NCBI GenBank assembly: GCA_963734535.1 | Contig: CAVTHS010000006.1 | Coordinates: forward strand, 64,001 to 128,000 | DNA from: an uncultured Chloroflexia bacterium | GTDB taxonomy: Bacteria > Chloroflexota > Limnocylindria > Limnocylindrales > CSP1-4 | Reading direction: 5' to 3' | Length of the DNA stretch: 64,000 nucleotides | Shown here: in pieces, positions 32,907 through 43,167 of the stretch | Layout: each line of letters opens with the position of its first letter | How positions within the stretch are numbered: the stretch's first letter is position 1 | Program-made: the position numbers and the translations under genes | The notes under the pieces: generated by a model | The model's database searches: none | What the model saw: the letters and a program-made list of their open reading frames with translations, nothing else | Told to the model about the DNA's origin: nothing

Positions 32907-33986
32907 ATGAGCATCGGCGCACGCAGCCTCGCCCTGGCCCGCGCCCACGTCGGGCGACCCGCCCATGCCCCGAGCGCAGCCGCGCTCGCGCTCGTCGGTC
33001 TCGTCGCCCTGGCGAGTGCGGTCGTCGTGGCCGTCGCGGCCGGATCGGTCGCTGTCGCCCCGGGCGACACGGTGGGCATCCTGCTCCGGGCGATCGGCCT
33101 GCCGATCGACCGGTCGTGGACCCCCGCGGCGGAGACGATCGTCCTGGAGCTGCGCCTGCCGCGCGTGCTGACCGCGATCATGGTCGGCGGCGGCCTGGCC
33201 GTGGCCGGTGCGGCGTTCCAGGGACTGCTCCGCAACCCGCTGGCCGACCCATACGTGCTGGGGACCGCCTCCGGCGCGGCCCTTGGCGCGGCCGTCGCCG
33301 TCCTGGTCCCGTTCCGCGCCGTCTTCCTGGACCTGGGCCTGCTCCACCTCCTCTCGTTCGTGGGTGCGTTGGCGTCCGTGGCGGTGGTCTACCGGCTGGG
33401 GCACGGCGGAGGGCCGTTCGCCCCCCTCACCGGGCTCCTGCTGACCGGCTACGCGGTCGGCTCGCTGCTCGCGGCAGGGCTGGCGATGACGATGTTCCTG
33501 GCCGGCTCGAACCTGCGCCAGATCTTCGCCTTCCTGCTCGGCGGGCTCGAGGGCGCGAGCTGGCTCCGGCTCGCGTTCGCCGCGCCCCTGATCGCCGGCG
33601 GCTCGCTCGCGATCGTCGCCCGTGCCCGCGTGCTCAACGGGCTGCTCCTCGGCGAGGAGGCGGCCGCCCACCTCGGAGTCGACGTCCGCCGTGAACGGGC
33701 AGTCCTGCTGGCGCTCGCGAGCCTCGTCACGGCGGCGGCGGTCGCCGTCGCCGGGCTGGTCGGCTTCATCGGCCTCGTGGCGCCGCACCTGGTCCGGCTG
33801 CTCGTGGGGCCGGACGCGCGGCGCGTCCTGCCGCTCGCCGCGATCCTCGGCGCGATCCTTCTCGTGCTCGCCGACCTCGGCGCCCGCCTCCTCGGCGAGA
33901 TCCCCGTGGGCGTCGTGACGGCCGTCGTCGGCGCCCCGTTCTTCCTCGCGCTCCTGCGCGGCACCCGCTCGGCGTACGAGCTGTGA
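32907..33986 (+). CDS. btuC: Cobalamin ABC transporter permease (FecCD family)
   Basis: LRLPRV, RNPLADPYVLG, GEEAAAHLG, GFIGLVAPH and EIPVGVV motifs. Confidence 0.88.
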   Translation: MSIGARSLALARAHVGRPAHAPSAAALALVGLVALASAVVVAVAAGSVAVAPGDTVGILLRAIGLPIDRSWTPAAETIVLELRLPRVLTAIMVGGGLAVAGAAFQGLLRNPLADPYVLGTASGAALGAAVAVLVPFRAVFLDLGLLHLLSFVGALASVAVVYRLGHGGGPFAPLTGLLLTGYAVGSLLAAGLAMTMFLAGSNLRQIFAFLLGGLEGASWLRLAFAAPLIAGGSLAIVARARVLNGLLLGEEAAAHLGVDVRRERAVLLALASLVTAAAVAVAGLVGFIGLVAPHLVRLLVGPDARRVLPLAAILGAILLVLADLGARLLGEIPVGVVTAVVGAPFFLALLRGTRSAYEL

Positions 33987-34801
33987 CGCCGCCGACCGCC
34001 GAGCTCGGCGGGGTCACGGTCGCGTATCGCGACCGGCTCGTCCTGCGCGGCGTGGACCTCGCGGTCGCGACGGGCGAGCGGGTGGCGCTGGTCGGCCCGA
34101 ACGGGGCAGGCAAGTCGACGCTGCTGCGCGTCCTCGCCGGGCTGGTCGTGCCGCGCGAGGGCCGGGTGTCGCTCGGCGGTGACCCGGTCGCGGGCCTCGG
34201 CCGCGCGGCGATCGCCCGCCGCCTCGCCGCGGTTCCGGGCCAGGCCGCGCTGCCCTTCGCGACCCGCGTGGAGGAGGTCGTGGCGCTCGGCCGGCTCCCG
34301 CACGAGGACCCGTTCCGCGGCCCCCGGCCGGCCGATCACGCGGCCGTGGACGCGGCCATCGAGCGGGTCGGGATCGGCCACCTGCGTGGCCGCGACGCAC
34401 GCGAGCTGAGCCTCGGTGAGCGCCAGCTCGTCCTCATCGCCCTCGCCGTGGCCCAGGCCGCCCCGCTCCTGGTCCTCGACGAGCCGACCGTCCACCTGGA
34501 CCTGCGCCACCAGGTCGCCGTGATGGAGCTCCTCGCGGACCTCAACCGCCACGACGGCGTCGCCGTGCTGGCCGTGCTCCACGACCTGGCACTCGCCGCG
34601 CACTTCTTCCCGCGTCTCGTCCTCCTCGACGCCGGGCGCGTCGTCGCGGATGGCCCGCCTGCGCGCGTGCTCGCGCCGGAGCGGATTCGCGCGACGTTCG
34701 GGGTCGACCCCGCGATCTTCACCGGGCCCGCGGCGTTCGCGGGTCCGAGCGCGCTCCACGTGGCGCCGCCCGAGTTGACCGCGGGCACCGGCGGCCGCTA
34801 G
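33983..34801 (+). CDS. btuD: Cobalamin ABC transporter ATPase
   Basis: GPNGAGKST, LSLGERQ, LDEPT and LHDL motifs. Confidence 0.88.
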   Translation: MTPPTAELGGVTVAYRDRLVLRGVDLAVATGERVALVGPNGAGKSTLLRVLAGLVVPREGRVSLGGDPVAGLGRAAIARRLAAVPGQAALPFATRVEEVVALGRLPHEDPFRGPRPADHAAVDAAIERVGIGHLRGRDARELSLGERQLVLIALAVAQAAPLLVLDEPTVHLDLRHQVAVMELLADLNRHDGVAVLAVLHDLALAAHFFPRLVLLDAGRVVADGPPARVLAPERIRATFGVDPAIFTGPAAFAGPSALHVAPPELTAGTGGR

Positions 34802-34816
34802 GCTCCGGGCGTGCCC

Positions 34817-35504
34817 ATGACCCGCCCGCGCCCCGGCCGCGCGACCCGACTCGTCGCGATGCTGGGCATCGCCGTGCTCGTCGCGGCGTGCGGCGCGACC
34901 CAGACGTCGCAACCTCCCGCGAGCGGATCGCCGGCCGCGTCGCAGGCGTCGGCGGAGCCCGCCGCGTCGCCGAGCGGGACCGACCAGGCGTCCGCTGCGC
35001 CGAGTGCCGGGTCCGACGGGTCACCGTCACCCCAGGAAAGCGCCCTCGCCGCTCCCGTCGGCTGGTGCCTCGGCTCGCCCCGGCTCCGCGGACGCGTGCA
35101 GCGGCACGGCCGAGAACCGCGACTTCTACACCGCCCTCGCCGCGAGCGTTGCCTGGGACGTCTACTGTGCGACGCTGCCGCAGGGCTGGTTCGTCGAGAG
35201 CGGCTCGTACCGGCTCTCGAACGGCGGCCAGCTGTCGATCACGTACAAGGGCCCGGGCGGCGCCCGGCTCGTCGTCCGCGAGGGGGGCTACTGCGCCGGG
35301 CATCCGGACTGCATCCCGGCAGGGACCGACGCCGGCGCGGCCCGCTTCGGGGACCGGGATGCGCGGCTCCTCGACATCGGCAACGGCTCGTGGCTGGTTG
35401 TCGTCGTGCCGACGGCTGACGTCGGGTGGCAGGCGGTGGGCACGGGCATGGATGGCACCGTCCTGGGGGCATTCACGGCCGCGTTCGCCCGCGTCGACCA
35501 GTAG
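34817..35504 (+). CDS. Hypothetical lipoprotein (frameshift near 35060)
   Basis: Lipobox VAAC; Ser/Pro-rich linker; Cys-containing domain (CSG..WDVYCATLPQGW..GGYC) in the second frame. Confidence 0.6.
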
Positions 35505-35566
35505 GGTAGGCACCACAAGCCGTCGCGTCGTCCGGTGCCGCCGGTGCAACGGCCGGCCCGGGCGCG

Positions 35567-35601
35567 TCGTGTGCTATCTTTGCACACGACGTTGCACACG
35601 A
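35567..35601. promoter_or_regulatory. Putative vapBC operator/promoter
   Basis: Inverted repeat TCGTGTGC-tatcttt-GCACACGA around a TATCTT -10-like hexamer, plus a second GCACACGA at 35594. Confidence 0.65.
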
Positions 35602-35624
35602 TTCCTCACATGGATGGTCGCGCC

Positions 35625-36002
35625 ATGCCCCTTGTCCGCACGAATGTCACGCTCCCCGCTGAGACGCTCGCGATCATCGACGAGGTAGCCGGCCCGCGCG
35701 GCCGGAGCGCCTACATCGCGGAGGTGCTCCTCAAGCAAGCGAAACGCGACCGGATGATGAAGGTATGGCGCGCGAACCGCGGCGTCCTGAAAGACTCGAC
35801 CACGTGGGGTCGGACACCGGAAGAGGTTCTCGAGACCCTCAAGGAGATCCGGGCGAGCTGGGATCGTCCGTGGGTCGACGCGCTGTGGGAGGAACGATCA
35901 CCGGATGCCGAAGCTTCTCGACACGACCCTCCTGATCGACCACTCGATCGGCCTGCCAGGCGCGGTCGCGATGCTGGAGCGCCTGTTCGCGGAGGCGGAT
36001 GA
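35625..36002 (+). CDS. RHH-type antitoxin (VapB-like)
   Basis: RTNVTLP..IDEVAGPRGRSAYI ribbon-helix-helix pattern upstream of a PIN gene; the about 98-nt overlap makes the 3' end uncertain. Confidence 0.7.
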   Translation: MPLVRTNVTLPAETLAIIDEVAGPRGRSAYIAEVLLKQAKRDRMMKVWRANRGVLKDSTTWGRTPEEVLETLKEIRASWDRPWVDALWEERSPDAEASRHDPPDRPLDRPARRGRDAGAPVRGGG

Positions 36003-36300
36003 CCTGCTCGTCTGCGACGCGGTGGTCGCGGAGGCGCTTTCGAGCGGAACGATGGACGAGCGGCGGACGATTGCGAGCCTGATCGACGCGGTCGAATACG
36101 TTTCCACCGCTCCCGACGCAGCCAGATGGGCCGGCGAGGCGCGCCGGCTGCGAGGAGCGGCCAGCCCGCGGACGCTCGGTGACGCGATCATCGCCGGCGT
36201 CGCGTGGTCCCTGGGGGCCGCGATCGTGACCCGCAACCCGGACGACTTCGTGCGGATGGGCGTGCCCGTCCTTACCTACGAGGCGGACGCACCGGCCTGA
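35905..36300 (+). CDS. vapC: PIN-domain toxin (VapC)
   Basis: LLDTTLLID, VVAE, GDAIIAG and VTRNPDDF acidic motifs. Confidence 0.85.
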   Translation: MPKLLDTTLLIDHSIGLPGAVAMLERLFAEADDLLVCDAVVAEALSSGTMDERRTIASLIDAVEYVSTAPDAARWAGEARRLRGAASPRTLGDAIIAGVAWSLGAAIVTRNPDDFVRMGVPVLTYEADAPA

Positions 36301-36439
36301 CCTCGCGCGGCGGCGCGCCGGTGCAAGCGTCAGCCGGCCCGCGTCGGGCACAATGGCCCGCACATCCCGGACGAAGCCCCGGGCGATCCGGCCCGACGCC
36401 GGCGCCCCGGCATCGGCGCCAAGCGGAGGAGCATCTGAC

Positions 36440-37642
36440 GTGACCGTCGGGACGGCGTTCCACCCGCGCACCGCGCCCCTCAATGCGCATCTCCAGTGGC
36501 GCGAGTGGTCCGGCTTCTTCGCCGCCAGCGCGTACCACGCCTCGCACGTCATCGAGTACAACGCGATCCGCGAGGCGGCCGCGCTCATCGACGTGAGCCC
36601 GCTCTTCAAGTACGAGCTGCGCGGCCCCGACGCGGTCCGCCTGGTGGACCGGCTGATCGTCCGCGACGCCGCGAAGCTCACGCCGGGCCGTGTCTTCTAC
36701 ACGCCGTGGTGCGACGAGCACGGCAAGGTGATCGACGACGGCACGATCCACCGGCTCGACGACGAGGATGGGGCGCAGGTCGTGCGCTGGACCGCCGCCG
36801 ACCCGCAGCTCCGCTGGCTTCGCATGAACGCGCAGGACCTGGACGTGGAGGTCCGGGACGTCAGCGAGTCCGTCGCGGCGGTCGCCCTGCAGGGGCCGCT
36901 CAGCCGGGAGGTCCTGCAGGCGGCGACCGGCACGTCCTTCGTCGACCTGCGCTTCTTCCGGCGCCGCCGGGCGACCCTTGCCGGCATCCCGGTCGACGTC
37001 TCGCGGACCGGCTACACGGGCGACCTGGGCTACGAGCTGTGGATCCCGGCAGATCGCGCGGTCGACGCCTGGGACGCGCTGGTCGCCGCGGGCGAGCCGT
37101 ATCGCATCCGTCCGGCCGGCATGCTCGCGCTCGACGTTGTGCGCCTCGAGGCAGGCCTGATCCTGATCGAGGCCGACTACACCAGCGCCGTCCACTCGCA
37201 CATCCCGAGCCAGAACTACTCGCCCTATGAGGTCGGGCTCGGCCGCCTGGTCGACCTTGACGCGGGAGACTTCATTGGCCGGCGCGCGCTCGTCGCGGAG
37301 ATGGCGGCCGGCGGGCCGCCGCGCCGGCTCGTGGGCCTCGACATCGACTGGCCGGAGATCGAGGCGCTCTACGCCGCACAGGGCCTGGCCCCGTACGCGC
37401 CTCCCTCCGTGAGCCGGGCGCCGGTCCCGGTCTTCGCTGCCGGCCGCCAGGTCGGGCGCGTCACCAGCACGGGCTGGAGCCCGCTCCTCAAGAAGATGCT
37501 GGGCCTCGCCTCCGTCGGGCTGGCCCACGCGCGAACCGGGACACGTCTCGCGGTCGAGTGGACGGTCGAGGCCCGCCGGGGCACCGTCTCCGCGACCGTC
37601 GTGGAGCTTCCGTTCTTCGACCCGCCCCGCAAGCGCGCCTGA
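36440..37642 (+). CDS. GcvT-like THF-dependent aminomethyltransferase/demethylase
   Basis: EYNAIREAAALIDVSPL, GKVIDDG, SRTGYTGDLGYE and RLEAG motifs; no gcvH or gcvP adjacent. Confidence 0.88.
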   Translation: MTVGTAFHPRTAPLNAHLQWREWSGFFAASAYHASHVIEYNAIREAAALIDVSPLFKYELRGPDAVRLVDRLIVRDAAKLTPGRVFYTPWCDEHGKVIDDGTIHRLDDEDGAQVVRWTAADPQLRWLRMNAQDLDVEVRDVSESVAAVALQGPLSREVLQAATGTSFVDLRFFRRRRATLAGIPVDVSRTGYTGDLGYELWIPADRAVDAWDALVAAGEPYRIRPAGMLALDVVRLEAGLILIEADYTSAVHSHIPSQNYSPYEVGLGRLVDLDAGDFIGRRALVAEMAAGGPPRRLVGLDIDWPEIEALYAAQGLAPYAPPSVSRAPVPVFAAGRQVGRVTSTGWSPLLKKMLGLASVGLAHARTGTRLAVEWTVEARRGTVSATVVELPFFDPPRKRA

Positions 37643-37698
37643 CGGCCGTGAACTCGGCGCGCACGGAGATCCGGACATCGAGCCAGGGAGGGACCCGC

Positions 37699-39300
37699 GT
37701 GGCGCAGCGCTACGACGCCGTGATCATCGGCGGCGGTCACAACGGCCTCACGACCGCCGCCTACCTCGCGAAGGCGGGCTGGAAGACGCTGGTCCTCGAG
37801 AAGCGCCGCATCCTGGGGGGCGCGACGACGAGCGACGAGATCGTCCCCGGGTACACCTTCAGCGTGCTCTCCTACGTCGTCAGCCTGCTTCGACCAGAGA
37901 TCATTCGCGACCTGGAGCTGGCGAAGCACGGCCTGGAGATCCTGCCGCTCGACGGCACCTTCACGCCCCTGCATGGCGACTACCTGTGGCGAACGGACGA
38001 CCATGCCCAGACCATCCGCGAGATCCGGCGCTGGTCGGCCACCGACGCCGACGCGTACGAGGAGTACGGCCAGCTGATGGCCGACATGGCGCGCTTCATC
38101 AAGCCGATCCTCGGGATGGTGCCGCCCGACCCGACGAGCATCGACCCGCGCGACTGGCTGGGCGTGCTGGGCCTGGGTCGCGACTTCGCGCGGCTCCCTG
38201 AACGGCAGCAGTCCGCCTTCATCGGGCTCATGACGATGAGCGCGGCGGATTTCCTGGACCAGTGGTTCGAGACCGAGCCGCTCAAGGCCACCATGTCCGC
38301 GTCGGGGATCATCGGGACCTTCCTGGGCGTCCGCTCGCCGGGCACCGCCTACGTGCTGCTCCACCACTACATGGGCGAGATCGACGGCGCGTTCCGCGCC
38401 TGGGGCCTTCACAAGGGTGGCACCGGCGCCATCAGCGCGGCGATCGCGGGCGCGGCCCGGGCGCACGGGGCGGAGATCCGCACCGAGGCGGGGGTCAGCC
38501 GCGTCATGCTCACGCCGTCCGGTGACCGCGCCACGGGCGTCGTCCTCGAGAGCGGCGAGGAGATCGCGGCCAACGTCGTGGTCTCCTCGGCGGATGTGCG
38601 GCGCACGTTCCTCCAGTTCCTCGAGCCCGGGATCCTGCCGGAGGACTTCGAGGCGCAGGTGCGCCGCTTCAAGTTCCGGGGCAGCTCCGGCAAGGTCAAC
38701 CTCGCCCTCGATGCGCTGCCGACCTTCACGACGAACCCGGGTGGCACGGAGTACCTCCGGGGCGCGGTGAGCATCAGCCCCTCGCTCGAGCACATGGAAC
38801 GTGCCTACGACGAGGCGAAGTACGGCCGCTTCAGCCGCCGGCCGTACGTCGACATCGTGTTTCCCAGCCTCGTGGACCCGTCCGTGGCGCCGCCGGGCCG
38901 GCACGTCATGAGCTGCTTCGTCCAGTACGCGCCCTACAACCTGGCCGAGGGGCCGGCGGACTGGGACAACCAGAAAGAGGCCTTCGGGGACGCCGTGATC
39001 GACCTGGTCAGCGAGTTCGCGCCGAACCTCCGGGACGTGATCGTGGAGCGGCACGTGGTCTCGCCGCTCGACATGGAGCGCGACTGGGGCCTCACCGAGG
39101 GCAACATCTTCCACGGTGAGCTCTCGCTGGAGCAGCTCTTCTTCAGCCGGCCCATCCCCGGCTGGGCGCGCTACCGGACGCCGATCCGCGACTACTGGAT
39201 GTGCGGCTCGTCGACGCACCCCGGCGGCGGGATCATGGGCGCGAACGGGCGGCTCGCCGCGCTCGAGCTGATCCGGGCACGCCGGACGAAGGTGGCCTGA
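37699..39300 (+). CDS. Phytoene-dehydrogenase-like FAD oxidoreductase (PYROXD2-like) A
   Basis: IGGGHNGL, EKRRILGG, SLVDPSVAPPGRH, GNIFHG and THPGGGIMG motifs. Confidence 0.88.
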   Translation: MAQRYDAVIIGGGHNGLTTAAYLAKAGWKTLVLEKRRILGGATTSDEIVPGYTFSVLSYVVSLLRPEIIRDLELAKHGLEILPLDGTFTPLHGDYLWRTDDHAQTIREIRRWSATDADAYEEYGQLMADMARFIKPILGMVPPDPTSIDPRDWLGVLGLGRDFARLPERQQSAFIGLMTMSAADFLDQWFETEPLKATMSASGIIGTFLGVRSPGTAYVLLHHYMGEIDGAFRAWGLHKGGTGAISAAIAGAARAHGAEIRTEAGVSRVMLTPSGDRATGVVLESGEEIAANVVVSSADVRRTFLQFLEPGILPEDFEAQVRRFKFRGSSGKVNLALDALPTFTTNPGGTEYLRGAVSISPSLEHMERAYDEAKYGRFSRRPYVDIVFPSLVDPSVAPPGRHVMSCFVQYAPYNLAEGPADWDNQKEAFGDAVIDLVSEFAPNLRDVIVERHVVSPLDMERDWGLTEGNIFHGELSLEQLFFSRPIPGWARYRTPIRDYWMCGSSTHPGGGIMGANGRLAALELIRARRTKVA

Positions 39301-39303
39301 CCG

Positions 39304-40926
39304 ATGTCCAGCCAGCCCTCCGGCCCGTACGAGGCGATCGTCGTCGGCGGCGGCCACAACGGCCTCGTGGCCGGCGCCTACCTCGCGAAGGCCGGCCTCC
39401 GGACGCTCGTGCTCGAGAAGCGCGCCACGCTCGGGGGCACTGTCGAGACGCGTCCGCTCGCCGACGGCAAGCGCGCGCCGGGCCTCTTCCATACGGTGGG
39501 CCGGCTGCGCCCGTCCGTTGCCCGCGAGCTCGGCCTCCGCGGCCACGGGCTGGCCCTGGTCGCACCCGAGGTCCGGGCCTTCGCCCCCCAGCCGGACGGC
39601 CGTGCCGTCACCCTGTGGGCCGACCCCGCGCGCACGGCCGACGAGCTCCGGGCCTGGTCCGTTGCCGACGGGGCGGCCTGGGCCGGGTTCGACCGGCACG
39701 TCCGGTCACTTGCCGCGTTCATCGCCTCTCTCAACGACGCGACGCCGCCCCCGACGAGCGGCGCGGGCCTCGGCGACGCGATCACCGGGCTCCTGCTGGG
39801 CCGCGCGTTCAAGAAGCTCTCGAGGGACGATGCCCGCCAGCTGCTGCGCGTCCTGCCGATGGCGATCGCGGACTTCGTGGCGGAATCGTTCGAGAGCGAG
39901 CCCGTGCGGGCGGCAGTCGCGATGCGCGCTGTCGCGTTCTCCGCGCTGGGCGCCTGGTCGATGGGCACGACCGCTGCGTTGCTCGCGGATTCGGCCGGCA
40001 ACGACGGAGGGGCGGCGGGCCAGACCGTGTTCGCGAAGGGCGGCCCCGGCTCGCTCGCCGACGCGCTTGCCGCGGCCGCACGCTCCTTCGGGGCGGAGAT
40101 CCGGACCGGCGCGGAGGTGGTCGGCGTGGCAACGCTCGACGGCCGCGTCACGGGCGTGGTCCTCGCTTCGGGCGACGAGATCGCGGCGCCGATCGTGGCG
40201 TCCGGCCTCGACCCGAAGCGGACGCTCCTGGGGCTCCTGCCGCCGCTGGAGCTCGGCCCGAACCTTCGCTGGCGCGCCGGCAACATCCGGCAGCCCGGCC
40301 GCGTTGCGCGCGTCAACCTGGGCCTGTCGGGCCTGCCGGAGTTCCCGGCTGCCGGCGCGCGCGAGGAGGCCGCCAGGCGACTCCGGGGCAGGATCCTCGT
40401 CGGGGCAACCGGGATCGACGACATGGAGCGCGCCTTCGACGCCTCGAAATACGGCCGCATCTCCGACGCGCTCCTGCTGGAGGCGACGATCCCGTCGCTG
40501 GTGGACCCGTCGCTGGCGCCCGACGGCGGCCACGTGATGAGCGTCATCGCGCAGTACGTTCCGTACCGCCTCGCCGACGGGACCTGGGACGACGCGGCGC
40601 GCGAGGCGCTCGGGGACCGGGTCGTGGCGCGGCTGGAAACGGTCGCGCCCCGAATCGCGGGGCTCATCACGGCCCGCGAGGTCCTCACGCCGGTCGACCT
40701 CGAGGCCGAGTACGGCCTCACCGGGGGCCATCCCTATCACCAGGAGCCTGCCCTCGACGCGTGGTTCGCCTGGCGCCCGCTGGTGGGCCACGCCCGTTAC
40801 CGGATGCCGGTCGAGGGCCTCTACCTGGTTGGGCCCGGCGCCCACCCGGGCGGGGGCGTGACGGGCGCGCCCGCCCAGAACGCCGTGAAGGAGATCCTGG
40901 CCGACCGGCGGAAGCGGCGCCGCTGA
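39304..40926 (+). CDS. Phytoene-dehydrogenase-like FAD oxidoreductase B (divergent paralogue)
   Basis: VGGGHNGL, SLVDPSLAPDGGH, GGHPYH and AHPGGGVTG motifs. Confidence 0.85.
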   Translation: MSSQPSGPYEAIVVGGGHNGLVAGAYLAKAGLRTLVLEKRATLGGTVETRPLADGKRAPGLFHTVGRLRPSVARELGLRGHGLALVAPEVRAFAPQPDGRAVTLWADPARTADELRAWSVADGAAWAGFDRHVRSLAAFIASLNDATPPPTSGAGLGDAITGLLLGRAFKKLSRDDARQLLRVLPMAIADFVAESFESEPVRAAVAMRAVAFSALGAWSMGTTAALLADSAGNDGGAAGQTVFAKGGPGSLADALAAAARSFGAEIRTGAEVVGVATLDGRVTGVVLASGDEIAAPIVASGLDPKRTLLGLLPPLELGPNLRWRAGNIRQPGRVARVNLGLSGLPEFPAAGAREEAARRLRGRILVGATGIDDMERAFDASKYGRISDALLLEATIPSLVDPSLAPDGGHVMSVIAQYVPYRLADGTWDDAAREALGDRVVARLETVAPRIAGLITAREVLTPVDLEAEYGLTGGHPYHQEPALDAWFAWRPLVGHARYRMPVEGLYLVGPGAHPGGGVTGAPAQNAVKEILADRRKRRR

Positions 40927-40957
40927 CCCACCGTCGGCCCCCTCGCGGCGGCGTCCG

Positions 40958-41755
40958 TCAGTCGGGCAGTCGCAGCTCCCAGCCCCGGAGGCGTTCCAGG
41001 AAACGATCCGCCGTCAGGTCCAGCTGGATCGGCGTGATCGAGACCCGGTCGTGGAGGACCGCGTGGACGTCAGTCCCTGGGATCGCCTGCCCGGTTGGCG
41101 GCGGTCCGCCAACCCAGTAGTAGGGAACACCGCGCGGGTCGGCGCGCCGGATGAGCTCGTCCTGGTAGATCCGCTTGCCGAGTCGCGTGACCTCGATCCC
41201 GGCGCACCGGTCGAGCGGGATCGCCGGGACATTCACGTTGAGGAGCTGGGCCGGCTCGAGGCCGCGCTCCAGGATCGCCCGCGCCACGACGACGGCAGCC
41301 GCGGCGGCCAGCGAGAAGTCGTCGGGCGCGAAGTCGTCGTGGCTGATCGCGAACGCCGGGCATCCCGACAGCACGGCCTCCATCGCGGCGCTCACGGTCC
41401 CCGAGTAGGTGATGTCGTCGCCGAGGTTGGCGCCGTGGTTGATGCCGCTCGCGACCAGGTCGATCGGGCCCGGCAGCAGGCCAAGGAAGACGAGACCGAC
41501 GGCGTCGGACGGGGACCCGTCGATCGACCACGCCGGCGTGCCATCGGCAAGCGTCCGCTCCCGGACGCGAAGCGGTCGCCACATGGTCCGCGAATGGCCC
41601 ACGGCGCTCTGGTTCGTGTCCGGGGCGATCACGACGACCTCCCCCAGCGTCGCCATCGCCTGCGCGAGTGCGAGCAGGCCGCGCGACTCGATCCCGTCGT
41701 CGTTCGTGACGAGGATGCGCGGCCGGCCGCCTCGCGCGGGGATCGCCGGGCTCAC
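40958..41755 (-). CDS. surE: 5'/3'-nucleotidase SurE
   Basis: ILVTNDDG, NQSAVG, GSPSD and SGINHGANLG..YSGTV motifs. Confidence 0.95.
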   Translation of the reverse strand: MSPAIPARGGRPRILVTNDDGIESRGLLALAQAMATLGEVVVIAPDTNQSAVGHSRTMWRPLRVRERTLADGTPAWSIDGSPSDAVGLVFLGLLPGPIDLVASGINHGANLGDDITYSGTVSAAMEAVLSGCPAFAISHDDFAPDDFSLAAAAAVVVARAILERGLEPAQLLNVNVPAIPLDRCAGIEVTRLGKRIYQDELIRRADPRGVPYYWVGGPPPTGQAIPGTDVHAVLHDRVSITPIQLDLTADRFLERLRGWELRLPD

Positions 41756-42945
41756 TCCGGCGACGCGTCGGCGGCGGGATCGGGCTCCCGCGGGACCCGG
41801 ACCGGGCGGCCCTCGCGAGCCTCCAGCCGCCGGGCAGCGCGGACGGCCACGCTGCCCTGGTCCGTCATCGAGCGCTGCAGCCCGAACATGACGACCGCGC
41901 TGATGACCGCCGCGATCGGCAGGCCGAAGATCGCCCCGGCCACGCCCGCCACCTTGGAGCCGATCAGGACGCTGGCGAAGACCAGGATCGGCGGGATCCC
42001 GACCACCTCCGCCATCAACCGCGGCTGGACCAGGTTCATGACCACGAACCAGCCGATCGCCATCCCGATGAGCGTTCCAACGGTCGCGTCCGGGACGCTG
42101 ACGAACGCCACCAGGACAGGGGGCACCCACGCCACGAACGGTCCGAAGAACGGGATCGCCATGAGGACGCCTGCCGTGGCGGTGACGACGGGAACGTACG
42201 GCAGCCCGAATGCCACGCTCACGACGAACGCGACGAGCGCATACAGGAACCCGATGATCGCCTGGCCGCGGAGGAAGCCGCCGAACGAGCGGCCGATGGC
42301 ATCCTCGAGAAGGCGCGCCTCCGTGGCGTATCGGGGCGGCACCAGGCGGAGGATGAAGGACAGGATCGCCTCGCTGTCGATGACCATGAAGACCGACAGG
42401 AAGAACAGGATGAGCACGTTGCCGACGACACCGATGCTGGCGACGGCGGCTGCCTGCAGCGGCCCGACGAGGCCCTGGGCCGCGGAGGCCAGCCCGTCGA
42501 GGAACGCGTTCGCCTGCGTGACCAGGTCCACCTGGCCGAGGCCCAGCGCGGCCAGCCGGGTCGCCCACGGCTGGAGGATCGCCGGCAGCTCCTCGCGGAG
42601 GCTCGGGACGTTCCGGATGAACTCCAGGAGCGAGCTGAAGAGCGCCTGGGCCAGGACCACGATGAGCGCCAGGAGCGCCACCGTGAGCACGGCATACACG
42701 GCCACCACGGCCACCACGCGCGGAAGTCGCGGCACGGCACGCAGCAGGAGCCGGACCGGTGACGAGAGGATGAAAGCGAGCAGCCACGCCAGGAAGAACG
42801 TCAGGATGACGTCCGCGAAGAAGTTCCAGTAGGTCGCCAGGTACGAGAGCACGACCAGCGCGAACGCGGCCGAGCCGAGCACGAGGAACGACGTCAGCCA
42901 GCGCTGCTGGCGTTCGCTCAGGGTCGGCGGCTGCGGCTCGGACAT
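41752..42945 (-). CDS. AI-2E (PerM) family transporter
   Basis: Multiple TM segments; FLRGQ, IPFFG, NLVQPRLM and GAIFGLP motifs. Confidence 0.85.
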   Translation of the reverse strand: MSEPQPPTLSERQQRWLTSFLVLGSAAFALVVLSYLATYWNFFADVILTFFLAWLLAFILSSPVRLLLRAVPRLPRVVAVVAVYAVLTVALLALIVVLAQALFSSLLEFIRNVPSLREELPAILQPWATRLAALGLGQVDLVTQANAFLDGLASAAQGLVGPLQAAAVASIGVVGNVLILFFLSVFMVIDSEAILSFILRLVPPRYATEARLLEDAIGRSFGGFLRGQAIIGFLYALVAFVVSVAFGLPYVPVVTATAGVLMAIPFFGPFVAWVPPVLVAFVSVPDATVGTLIGMAIGWFVVMNLVQPRLMAEVVGIPPILVFASVLIGSKVAGVAGAIFGLPIAAVISAVVMFGLQRSMTDQGSVAVRAARRLEAREGRPVRVPREPDPAADASPE

Positions 42946-43167
42946 CGGGGCGCGGGGGCTCCCAGCGGCCCGTCGGGCCGGCCGTGGGGGCGGGCGGCGA
43001 CGGCGGTCGGGCGGTCCGCCGGCCTGCCTATCGTACGCGCCACGCCGTGCGCGTCGCCGGGCCCCGTGTCGACGTCTCGCGCGCGGCCGGCGGGGGCGCG
43101 TGGGGATGGGCGCGGCGGGTGGCACCCAACGGAAGGCGCGCGGCCGACGATGCCCGGTGAGACCCGG

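Noticed and set aside
36440-37642. Glycine cleavage system T protein (gcvT)
   Set aside because: No gcvH or gcvP adjacent and motifs are divergent; treated as GcvT-like only
37699-40926. Carotenoid biosynthesis (crtI) cluster
   Set aside because: No crtB/crtE nearby; motifs and GcvT linkage fit the PYROXD2-like group
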